From: Asterias rubens
Taxonomy: Eukaryota
Reading direction: 5' to 3'
DNA: 64,000 nt
Assembly (NCBI RefSeq): GCF_902459465.1
Contig: NC_047071.1
Location: forward strand, 13,454,001-13,518,000
Shown: positions 11,661-23,420 of the stretch, in pieces
Layout: every line of letters begins with the position of its first letter
Position numbering within the stretch: position 1 is the stretch's first letter
Position numbers and translations under genes: made by a program
The notes under the pieces: generated by a model
What the model saw: only the letters and a program-made list of their open reading frames with translations
Told to the model about the DNA's origin: nothing
Database searches by the model: none

Positions 11661-13038
11661 GTACGTGCAGAGCGATTTGGTCCCGTTAAAATGTGTGAAA
11701 TTTGCTTTCATCCACATATGAAGCAACGTCTCTATTTACGCGGGAAACTCGAATAGTAAAACACGTTTTGAACTTCTACAAGACATTCGCAGTCTGTTGC
11801 AAAGTCACAATCAACGTTAATATTGTTTTAATTTAATGATTTCTGATTTAAAAGGAAACTTACCCTCAAAAAAGTTGCACAAACACAACAATATTATTGT
11901 TGTGCCAATTGGCGACCAACGCAGAAGGCGCTATCGCAAGGTTACTCTCAACGAAATGTACACCAAAATGCCATCGTGACCCTAATGGGTTCATAGATAA
12001 CTTGGTTCTGAACATGAACGAATGTATTGAAAAGACACGTTAAACTTCGCCTCTATATCATCACATCATTGTCTATTGTTGACGGCAACACACCCAGTGA
12101 TTAAAGTTCAACATCATAGCCCAAAAGATATGCCATCTGATTACCAGTTTTGCCTGCTTCAAAAACCAACGGTTGTTTGGTGTTTATATTAGCCAAAAGT
12201 GCATCCCAAGGCCCAAATTGTTTTATTTGATACATTAATCAGTCGTCTGGATCACCACTTTTTGAACGATACTGCAAGTTGGCGTCATGTATACTCAGTG
12301 TATTGTAATTATTATTGGATAGCTCACTGAAAACAAAATATGTTGTGCAACTGTGTATCTTAAAGGTACAATATTATTCGTTGAAGCTATTAATTAGGCT
12401 TCATTAAAACCCAAACATGAATCCAAAGCTTGGAGTCATGTTAGAATGGAGAAATCAAATCTGGCCGTTTTCGAGCATTTTTCAAACAGCATTTCTTTTA
12501 CTGCAATAACGCTTCTCAGATTTAAATTTTTGGGCATAACAATTTCTTTATTATTTCATAACCACGTTATTTTTCTTCGAAGTAAAGTTTTTCTCAAAAC
12601 TATCTAAAGCTGCTGTAGGCTTCTAACCAAATGTTTGTATTGGACGATTACCAAACGTATAACTCCCCTTTAAGCTCAGAATCTCAAAAGACGGTAACTT
12701 GTTTTCCCTACATAGGAATGTTTTGTACAATTTCCAATCAATCGTTTTCCAGAAACCCACCACTGGTAAACAGCGGCACACATCACCTTTAATCAGTCGA
12801 TGGAAGCAGTTTGGCCAGGCCATAAAGCTAACATCACATCCCGTTAGAGTATAAACGACAGGAAAGGCAAAACACAACAACACGTATACTACTTCATGTT
12901 AGTTTCAATCTGCCAGTCGGTTAGGGAATTCCCCGGATTTATTTGCCTTCGATTAGAGGTTATTTTTTCAACTGATCTTTCATTAATCTGGACTATCTTC
13001 ATGGATAGATTGCAAGGGAGATAGTGGTCGAATAAGTG

Positions 13039-13103
13039 TGACCTGTATGTCAATGACCTCTAGCTAAGGTCACTGGTAAGCGGGTCAGGACACTATGACG
13101 TCA
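13039..13103. promoter_or_regulatory. Symmetric array of four nuclear-receptor half-sites plus a CRE
   Basis: TGACCT-9-TGACCT-7-AGGTCA-9-GGGTCA (13039-13087), then TGACGTCA (13096-13103). Confidence 0.45.
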
Positions 13104-13169
13104 CAATGTTGCCCATTCTTCGATAAACACCAACATGCTGTCTATATGACCGACTAACCCCTGCTTCTA

Positions 13170-13485
13170 ATGGCTGGCACTGAACACCTTTTGTCAAGAC
13201 CAGTACTCTCACTTGGTGTGTCCCAACATATGCATAAACATAACAAATCTATGAAAATTTTGACTCAATTGGTCATCGAAGTTGCACAAATCTGTGTGCT
13301 ATCATGTCTAATTAAGGGCTGCAGGCCTGAAGTCTTTTAATCTTATTTGAGTGAGAAATAACCTCTTTAAAAAACTACGTTACTTCAGAGGGAGCCGTTT
13401 CTCACAAGGATTTATGCTATCAACAGCTATCCATTGCTAATTAGCAAGTACATTTTTTTATGCTAACAGTTATATGAGTAATTTA
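13170..13485 (+). mobile_element. Degenerate Kolobok-type MITE
   Basis: Body motifs CTCACTTGGTGT, CAGGCCTGAAGTCTTT, GAGGGAGCCGTTTCTCACAA. Confidence 0.7.
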
Positions 13486-13503
13486 ACCTGAATAATAATT
13501 ACG

Positions 13504-13605
13504 GTTACGTAACACTTAACTGTTTTGACCTTAAGCTAAGGTCATATTAAGTTTGCGATCATAAATCATTTTATTGGAAAAGTCAATTCAGTTTACACGT
13601 GGGAA
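13504..13605. promoter_or_regulatory. Candidate cis-regulatory module: PAR-bZIP palindrome, ER7 NR element, Pbx/Hox and Su(H) motifs
   Basis: GTTACGTAAC (~13504), TGACCT-taagcta-AGGTCA (13526-13544), ATAAATCA (13561), CGTGGGAA (~13598). Confidence 0.4.
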
Positions 13606-14239
13606 TTTGAAGAAAACAAAAAGATCAAATGAAGCGCTAAAATTGTCGATGGATATACTCTATTTCAATCAAGTTTTTTGTTGATTTGTGCGTGTGTGTA
13701 ATTTGTGTTTCATTCATTTGGCGACAAAACAATTCTGTAAATTGCTGTTTTTGACAGTGCATTTTTGTTTTGGCTCACTGGGTTGAAACTGAATGTAAGA
13801 GGCTGTTTATGTTAGGTTTTCTCCAAGTTGACAACATTTCAGACGGAATTTGTTCCTGGAAACGATTGGTAACGACCGAATGACTAGGTTTAAAGTTGAG
13901 ATATTCACGTTTGTTTAGGTCTCTGATAAACAACACTTATTATTTTCAACATTCTAATACTATCTTGTCTTTATGTGAACTCTTAACACTGCGTAAAACC
14001 TTTAAATACTTGTTGTCAAAAATGTTTTTGTTTTCAACTGCAAAAGTTTACCCAGGCCACAAGCGTCTAATTATTGGTTTAATGTTAAAGAAAAATACCG
14101 TATGAAGGTAAGTTCACTCATGGAGGAAGGGAACCATGCGCAGTACAGTCAAGGTAAACTCACTATTAAACGAACAGCGCCCTCTACTGTCAACTCGATT
14201 TGCGGATGAGTATCATTTTGTGATATAATTTCAGCTCAG

Positions 14240-15342
14240 TGATTCAAGTCATCTCAAAAATGATCTCTGCGTACAACATGTTGCAAACAACGGTGATGCT
14301 CAAAACTGATACACCCGAGGGCAGCAGCGAAACGTAAGAAATTCAAAATGGCCGCTGACGATGTAACTAAATCTCTCAATGATCCGAGGGACTTGACCGT
14401 ATCCCTCTCTAAATAAACTAAAATCTATGATTCAAGCATCTCAAAATAATGATCTCTGCGTAGTACATGATGTTGCAAAAATATCACAGATGGTCACAAC
14501 TAATACACCCTAATTCAAAATGGCCGCCGATAATGGAACCAAGTCAATTATATGGGAACTTGACCGTATCCTACCCTAATTTAGCAAATTCATCTATGAT
14601 TCAAGTCATTTCAAGAAGATCTCTGCGTAGTGCAGCAAGTTGCCAACAAGTGATGCTCACAACTGATACACCCTAAAGGGCAGCTGCGAAAACGTACGAA
14701 ATTCAAGATGGCCGCCGATAATGGAAGTTAAATTGTTCAATGATCCGAGGGACTTGACCGTTATCCCTCCCTAAATTTAAAAACTTCATCTAAGATTCAA
14801 GTCATCTCAAATGATCTCATGCGTACAACATGTAGTTGCCAACAACAGCGATGCTAACAACTAAACACACTGAGGCAGCGAAACGTAGGAAATTCAAAAT
14901 GGCCGCCGATGATGGAACCGAATGTGTCAATGATCCGGGGGACTTGACCGAATCTCTCCCTAAATTTAACCATTTCATCTAAGATTTCAGTCATCTCAAA
15001 TGATCTCATGCGTACAACATGTGGTTGCCAACAACAGCGATGCTAACAACTAAACACACTGAGGCAGAGAAACGTGAGCAATTCAAAATGGCCGCCGATG
15101 ATGGAACCGAATGTGTCAATGATCCGTGGGACTTGACCGAATCCCTCCCTAAATTTAACCATTTCATCTAAGATTTCAGTCATCTCAAACGATCTTATGC
15201 GTACAACATGTAGTTGCCAACAACAGCGATGTTCACAACTATACACCCTTTAGGCAGCGAAACGTAAGAAATTCAAAATGGCCGCCGATGATGGAACCAA
15301 ATTTGTAAATGATCCAAGGGACTTGACCGTTATCCCCTCCCT
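14240..15342. repeat. Tandem array of six ~170-195-bp units, each with a YY1-type CAA(A/G)ATGGCCGC motif
   Basis: Units start near 14240, 14428, 14598, 14793, 14982 and 15172 (GATT(C/T)(A/C)AG..). Confidence 0.9.
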
Positions 15343-17944
15343 ACGTTGAGAGGTAGGCCTATAATCACAAATCACATCTCGTGGATCGTCCATCGCCTCC
15401 CCTCTCCCCTTACTTAAATTCGTTACACGCCTAGATAGATACCTTGGTGTTAATTGACAGCGCGGATGAAGACACCCGTAATGCTGTTGTAACATGACCG
15501 CTAGGGGAGAAATCAGTCCGCAGACAACATGTTAGCAAACATGTGACCCCTAAAAGCTATACCAGGAAAACGGTGAAGTTTGAGGAAAGTAAAAAAAACT
15601 GGATCTGATTGAGCCAAAATAATAAAAGTAGTTTAAGTTTGTTTGGAAAAGTGAAATTTGAAATAATGTAATGATTTTTTGAGTGTTAATTATTAGTTAA
15701 ACAAAGTAAGGATTTCAATGTAAATAGGATTAACTATTGTTTTATGGTGTTCTTGTTGCATTTTATCTGAATCAATTTTTATCCAATCAAATCAAGTTTG
15801 TCTGGCAAAGTAAAAATGACAATGACTGGACACAAACTGCATCTCGCCACATCTTTAGGGGAAAGTATACCTTTAGTTTTAGGAAGTGTTTGATTGTTTT
15901 AATAATCCCATACAATAAAATTAACATGTAAAATTTCATTTCGAAACATGGTTGCGTTTGTGAGATAATGCCGAAAAATACCCTGCGAAAATGTTACTCT
16001 TCACCTGGCATGAAAGATATAGCAATATTTCTTAGGAAAACAAAACATATATTGATGCAACGATCAACGTCAAGTTTATTTCTTACGTTTTCAATTGTTG
16101 TATATTTATTATTTTGTACACCTATACAAGGACAAATCTTTAGCTTTATTGCTTCTTAAATGACAATTAATTGCCGCTAGCAAAAAGGGTTTATTTCCGT
16201 GCCTCGAATTTAAATCAAATGACACAACTCTACCGCGCAACACTGCCTTGAAGACCTCTCCATCCTACCGTGCCCTTATTCTGATTTGAAATAAATGCAA
16301 TTATTAAAAAGAATAACTGCATGGAGCCGAGAGTGAGAGGTGATATATGATTAATTTACTATTCGTGCTGATAATAATTCCCCAAGCACCTCTCTTCCTT
16401 CGGACAAAAAGCATCGGGTTCGCTGACCTACTTGACGAGTTGACCCCGAGTATCCCCCGTCTAGCCTTTCTTGGATAACACGGTAAAAGAGCCCATAGTT
16501 TTTTATTAATAAGCTCGGGGCCTCCATGACTCCCCCGTTCGCGACCGGGGGACAGAGGGGAGAAAATTTCCTCGTTCCTTCACCCCGTCGTTTTTTCTTA
16601 CTTCTCGGCGCTAATCAACACTACAACCGGGTGGGTCCCACGGGACTAAGTGTAGTTCAAAAGGGGATATGATAACGCCGGATTATTGTCCCGACTTTCC
16701 TGTCTCGTTCAATATAATTTTGACATAAACTAATGGCATCACAACCCTGAAGCGGGTTACATAAATTACATGATACACTCGTGGGTATAGCAGCGCTACT
16801 CTCGGGCTTCTGGTGTAAGGCGTGCGTAGGTCTTGAAACAGGTTGGCCCTTGGCTAGTCTTCGTCTTCTTCTTTTCGTCTTCGAGTAGGAGACTGAGTAT
16901 GTTACTGTTCCAATTAAGGGGCTGTTTTTTATGTCTTAGAGAAGAAGGCGAAAAAAAGACAGCTCATGACATTTTATCATACAAATTTCACAATGAAATA
17001 TTTCGACTGCATTATGGTTGCAGTCGATATTCTGGTCACGATTGAGTTGTGATATTATACAGACGTATAATAGGTGGATGTCATTTCGTTGTTGTTAGTA
17101 CGACATACTTGTGAATAATGTAGGCTCGATTTCATTCAGATTTTCTAGATAAAATAATTGTAAAACTTTATCTCTTTAAATGCAAATTTTATCACAATTT
17201 TTTGAAAGTCAACATACGAAGTTCAGAAGTGAAACTGTAATTCACAGGTGTCATCTTGAAGTGAAATGTATGAAGGGATAAATGGAAATAATAGTAGGTT
17301 AAATCAAACAAATGTTGAAATTCTTCCCTCAAAATGTCCTCTGCTTGACTACAGAGTTGTTAAACAATTACAGTATACATAACAATATCTTATTTCTCAA
17401 TGTAACAAGTTGCCGTCGGAAAACTACTGGTTACTGTTAACCATATTGGTTTTTTTTTCCAGGATTTGGTCAAAGGGTGTCAACATTTGCTGGAAACTTA
17501 AAAAGAAAATGGGTGTCAATAGTGTTCACATGTAAATGCCAGATAAAACAGGGTGTCCCGAATTAAAACAGAGTGTCCATCCAAAAGACACCAGGAACAC
17601 CCTCTCGCCAACACTATGAATCATATTGGGAAGGGGGCAGTCACTCCAACTATATATTTGCCCAAAACTTATAACGTTACATCTGATCCCTACCAAACGT
17701 TCAGTCCTTCCCCAATATTTATCTAGGGTCACATAGTAGAGAAATAGTTGTTCTAGGGGTCAGCTGTTACCATGTCAACCGTTAAACAAAAGCCCGGTCC
17801 CGGTAGAGCTATAATTGGTCACACATTGACAAAATATTGATTTTCCACTTTGCACACTGAAAAAATTGTCTTGTCTCTAGAGATTTCATTGGAGGTGAAA
17901 ATTGATGACAGTAAAGTTAGTTTGGTTTTAACATTCACATTACG

Positions 17945-18275
17945 TTTGTACAGCGAATATTATCATTGTTGCTTTTTCAATGTTGGATATTGGACATTGC
18001 CGTAGGTTTGTACAGTGAATGTCTATCTTGTATATCGATATTGGATGTTGGACATTCCCGTAAATATGTACAGTGAATTTCTATACACATCCATATTGGA
18101 TATTGAACATTCCCATCTTCAGTGAATGTCTACCTTGCACATCGATATTGGATGTGTGACATTCCTGTAGGTTTGTACAGTGAATGCCTATAACTCTTAT
18201 ACATCAATATTGGATATTGGACATTTGTACAGTGAATGTCTATAAATATACCTTGTACATCGATATTGGATATAT
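17945..18275 (+). repeat. Degenerate ~60-bp tandem array
   Basis: Recurring GATATTGGAT(G/A)TTGGACATT..TGTACAGTGAATGTCTA. Confidence 0.8.
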
Positions 18276-20139
18276 TTGTGTCATCCATGAAAACCAAGAC
18301 ATGAAATCAAAAAGCAAAGTGTTGTTACCTCATTTTAGGATCTGATGCATAAAAAAACTGTAAAATTGTCTTCATTCCTGCTTCTACTGGATGCGGTTTG
18401 ATAGAATACTTTGTGAAAACATCCAGAGAGATTTAACACCGTCCAAATGCAAGTAACCCATCCGAGTGAGAAGGCGAACTAGCACAGTGCATTACACTAC
18501 TCGCTAAGTGATCGCATTCGAAAACACCATATGTATTACACGTCAGATACCAATAGCATTTTGCACCAGCAAAAAAAAAGAAGAAGAAAAAATCCCTGTC
18601 CTCATCACAATGTCACCAACTTCAGTTCCAAAGTGATGATCTATATCAGTCAAATTCGGTTACCTGGCACAAATCGGCTCATCGCCAAAAACATTCCCCG
18701 TGCAAAATATTCTGTAATTCGCTGTCTCAACGTAGCACAATGAAAGCGAACACTCTTTTCACTTATCGGTTACTGATACCACCTATGCAACCACACACCT
18801 TACCCAAACAACGACTGATTTTTAAGCCCCTGCCGAAAATTTCGCGTATTATATTTTCGTGTTCTACAAAAAAAAAAAAATGGATATCGCATCTGCATGG
18901 AGCTCTTATGTGCTGCGTTGAATACAGGTCGCTGACACCACGGCAGTTCGCTTTTAGAAGGCATACCTGTACTTTGTACACACATTCTTGATTCTAGAGT
19001 CAAGAAGGAGAAGAGTAAAACAAAAATCTCTCTGGGAAGTTTCAATGGGAAGACTTCCGAAACGTGTCATCCCGTTTTAGAGTGACGTTGAGACGATGCC
19101 TCATCATGTTGTTCTGTTTCCATGTTTTGTCAAACATGGAATGTTTGGTTCAATGATAATAATATTCCAAAAATATTCCATATTTCATAACATTCATGCA
19201 ATGCTACTAATGAATGCCTAATGAATGCCTATATGCAATTATGTACGGAGCAGTTCAGATCTGGGTGGCGGGGGGATATGGTACAATGTGGTTCTCTCGC
19301 AAGCAATGTATCAATATATATTGGTCGTTTCATCAGCGGCCATTTTGAATTGGCTTACGTTTTACTGTCTCTATGGTGCCATTGAAACCATATGAACTTA
19401 CCTACATTGCCTCGCTTTGGATCAAAACAGTACACGACATTGCAAGGAGCGAAACAAATACACCCATCCATATTAACGGGCCATTCATAACTAAAGTATA
19501 TACGCAACTCTAGATGGCATAACTATCTAAACGACGGCAATACTTAACAAAGAAACAGCAGAAAGCAGGAAGCAGAAAGTTGCTGACAAATCAAACGTAT
19601 ATATTCCACCTTCAACTTTGTAAAATTTTTATTTTCAAGGTTGCTTGCCCGCTCAACAAGTTATGCTCGCAACTTAAAAGGTGACTTGATGTTCCAAGAA
19701 ATTATGAAATATATATTCAGACACCCTGGGGATCTTTCCCCCTAGAGGGCGTGTGGACGGGATGGCGAGCTCTGCAAATAAAACGACTCATTAGATGTTT
19801 TCAAAGCCATTTGAGAAACATTTTGTAAAGAGGTTTAAAAGAAACGGGAGCTTTATTTGTGCGGAAAATACCATATTTTATTGAGCCTAGTAAATCCGTG
19901 CAAACTAATATATTTATATCGGTGGTTGCCATGGAAACGCGTATAAAAATGACGTTTTTACAGATTACGAGCCATATTATTTCGTCTGATCTTTATTAGT
20001 GAGAACGGTCATCAGAGATTATGTAAAGTTAAGTGCGTCATATCACGTGAGTGTACTGAATCCCTAATGAAATTCAAAGACTTTCAAAATGCAATCTAAC
20101 ATAGCTTGTGAAGTATGGGAGAAGTCATGTTTAAATGGA

Positions 20140-20775
20140 GGTTCGAAGAAAAACCAATTATCATTGAAGAACCGATCAAATGAAGGTTCTAGGAAGAACC
20201 GTTGGTCGTTGAAGAACAAATCAAATGAAGGTTCGAAGAGGAACCAGTGATCATTGAAGAACCGATTAGATGAAGGTTCGGAAAAGAACAACCAATAAAA
20301 TGAAGGTTCAAAGAAGAACCAGTGATAATTGAAGAACTGAGCAAGTGAAGGTTCGAAGAAGAACCAACACAAATTGAAGAACCGAATGAATGAACTTTCG
20401 AAGAAGAACCATTGATCATTAGAGAACCGATCAAAGGAAGTTTCAAAACAGGACCAGTGATCATTGAAGAACCGAACAAATGAAGTTACAGAGAATAATG
20501 AGTGATTATTGAAGAACCGATCACATCACAGAAGGACCAGTGAACAATGAAGAATCGATCAAATGAAGTTTAGCAGAAGAACAAGTGATTATTGAAGAAC
20601 CGATCAAATGAAAACTCACAGAAGGACTGAAACTGATCAAATGAAGGTTCGAACAAGAACCAGTGATCGTTGGAGAACCGATTTCATTAAGGTTCGAAGA
20701 AGAAACAATGATCATTGAAGAAGCTATCAAATAAAGGTTCGAATAAGAATCAGTGATCATTAAAGAACCGTTGAC
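20140..20775. repeat. Degenerate 45-bp tandem array
   Basis: TGAAGAACCGATCAAATGAAGGTTCGAAGAAGAACCAGTGATCAT units at 20165, 20210, 20255 etc. Confidence 0.85.
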
Positions 20776-21017
20776 AAATGGTGAAAGTGGTCAAAATATG
20801 ATATTTGTAGATTTGTAAAGGAAGCTGTGATAAGAACTTTGGTTTTGAGAAGAACAGGTGACAAATAGCCCTATAGTTACGGTCAAAGGTTACCAACCAT
20901 TGGTAAAGCTGGAACCATGTCACCACGCCCTCTCTCAGGTTTATTTGAAATGCATTCACAAACTCGTTGCTTTAAAGCTCGAGAAATACTCTGCTACAAG
21001 GTCAACACGTCAGGCCA

Positions 21018-21383
21018 TTAAAGGCAGGGGACACTTACTAGCATAAAACCTTACTTAGTAACGAGTAAAGGGGAGCTGTTGATAGTATAAAACATTGTGA
21101 GAAACGGCTCCCTCTGAAGTAACGTGGTTTTCGAGAAAGAAGTAACTTTCCACGAATTTGATTTCGAGACCTCAGATTAAGAATTTGAGGTCTCGAAATC
21201 AAGCATCTGAAAGCACACAACTTCGTGTGACAAGGGTGTTTTTTTCTTCCATTATTCTCTCGCAACTTCGACGACCGATTAAGCTAAAATTTTCACAGGT
21301 TTGTTATTTTATGCATGATATTGAGATACACCAAGTGTGAAGGCTAGTCTTTGACAATTACCAATAGTGTCCACTGTCTTTAA
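21018..21383 (-). mobile_element. Kolobok-type MITE
   Basis: TTAA flanks, right TIR intact, left end partly deleted. Confidence 0.8.
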
Positions 21384-22000
21384 AGAACCGATGACAAGTG
21401 TGGAACAAGTGTTATTTAATAGTTTTTAGAAGAAGCTGTGATCAGAACAAGTACCAATGAAAAATGGTAGTTCAAAATAATAAAGCGTGTTGATCGTTTT
21501 TATAACAGCTTTTATAGCATATACATTCGATTACTTGATAGACCTATAGTTACGGTCAAAGGTCACCAACCACTGGTAAAGCTGACACCATGTCACCACG
21601 CCCTCTACGCTTCACACTTACAGGGGTTTCTTTTAAATGCATTTACAAACTCAATGCTTAAATCTCAAGAAAGATTCTGCTATAGGGTCAACACGTCAGG
21701 CCATTAACTATTTTTTTGCAACAGCTAATTCTATATATTCTGCCGTAAATCTCGTCGATAAAAGAAAAGATTTGTCAAACTTTCCAAGGTTTCAAGACCG
21801 ACAATTATGCTACCCTTGTTTCTAGAATGCATGAGATGAAGTAACGTGTATACTCGTAAAGGATCGTTTACATACGTTGAGTATGAGTCAAGGCTTAAAC
21901 GATCATAATAAGCATTGCCATGACATTACGTGCACGTTTTACGCTCGCCAAAAGGTCTATGTTAAAAACCGCTCGTTCGAGATACATGACTCTTATGATA

Positions 22001-22386
22001 TTAAAGGCAGTGGACACTATTGGTAATTGTCAAAGACTAGCCTTCACAGTTGGTATATCTCAACATATGCATAAAATAGCAAACCTGTGGAAATTTGAGC
22101 TCAATCGGTCATCGAACTTGCGAGATAATAATGAAAGAAAAAACACCCTTGTCACACGAAGTTGTGTGCGTTTAGATGGTTGATTTCGAGACCTCAAGTT
22201 CTAAACCTGAGGTCTCGAAATCAAGCTCGTGGAAAATTTCTTCTTTCTCGAAAACTATGGCACTTCAAAGGGAGCCATTTCTCACAATGTTTTGTACCAT
22301 CAACCTCTCCCAATTACTTGTCACCAAGAAAGGTTTTATGCTAATAAATATTTTGAGTAGTTACCAATAGTGTCCACTGCCTTTAA
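22001..22386 (+). mobile_element. Full-length Kolobok/T2-type MITE (reference copy)
   Basis: TTAA|AGGCAGTGGACACTATTGGTAA ... TTACCAATAGTGTCCACTGCCT|TTAA; central GATTTCGAGACCTCA/TGAGGTCTCGAAATC hairpin. Confidence 0.88.
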
Positions 22387-22529
22387 ATGACATAACTCGA
22401 ATACGATTACATTAGTCAGACTTACAGCATAGGAATGATGACGTACATGTAATAATAATTTACTACCAATGGGGCAAACATTTGTATTCCATAAATACTG
22501 CTCAAATGTTTCATAACAAGTGTTTTATG

Positions 22530-22830
22530 CGTTTTTGTAAGACGATGAAAATTAGCGGCAGTGAAAACTACATGGTAACAGCAGCTTTGGGATGATGCAC
22601 TTTGAGAAACCTTGCACTTTGAAGTACCGCGGTTGTGGAAAAAGAAATAAATTTGTATCCCAAAAACTGGAATCTGAGAAGCGTCACTGTAAGTAACGTT
22701 TCTCAGATTGTGTATAAAGTAATTGGAAAGAAGTTAAAACTCGAAGAACATTTTTTTCAGATAGAACAAAATTATGCCCAAAACGCTGGAAAACTTGAAG
22801 TGGTCTTGGTGGATAGTTTGCCTGCTGGAA
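22530..22830. repeat. Member of another dispersed repeat family (also ~12470-12670 inverted, ~23450-23700, ~32480-32700)
   Basis: Shared core AATCT(G/A)AGAAGCGT(C/T)AC..GTTTCTCAGA/TGTGTATTTCAAT. Confidence 0.5.
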
Positions 22831-23159
22831 TAACTCCCTAAACTGAATTGTATTTCAATATACTGCTATTCAACCAGTGTGTGCTCATAATTGGGTACCT
22901 TCTGGAGGCCAAGGACAAAACAAAAAGGGCAATGAAAGGACTCTATAGGGAAATTCTAAAGACCTGGAAAATTGGAAAATTGGAAATTTGTGTACAAAGT
23001 CTATGGGAAACTGTGGGACGAAGGAAAGAACAAAATAATGCTCCACAAGGATGCTTTTTTGAGAATGTGTATAAAAAGGGTGTGTTAAAATAATAACCAC
23101 ACGACATTTTGAAATTGGTAAAGAGTGTACAACAGAAATCGTTTCACTTGTAGCATCTT

Positions 23160-23420
23160 CAAAACCTCTCTCATCATTTGCCGGTCGCAGCTTGTCACTA
23201 ACGAGGCGTTTCCTTACCCCGGTGTCTTGTCAGCGATGACCAGGGTACCCACTCACACCCAGCCCCGCTGATGTACAGCTTACACGTGCCCCCATAAATG
23301 CAACCGTCTTAACGAGCCATTGTCCTCAAATTAATGATAAACAAATCTGTTTGAGAAGAATCAGATCAAAAACAATTCTGATGCCTCGGTTTTATGCCGA
23401 ACGTGAGGTCTGATCTACTG
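23160..23420. promoter_or_regulatory. Candidate enhancer island
   Basis: Non-repetitive, GC-richer; CCCATAAA (Hox/Cdx), CCATTGT (Sox), ATAAACAA (Fox). Confidence 0.3.

Noticed and set aside
14240-15342. Regular repeats superficially like a CRISPR array (likewise 26325-27115 and 48780-49262)
   Set aside because: Whole units repeat, with no unique spacers and no cas genes; the context is eukaryotic and intron-containing.
19030-19065. GGAAGT..ACTTCC stem followed by GAAACG, resembling a hammerhead 3' half
   Set aside because: No CUGANGA core and no stem I upstream.
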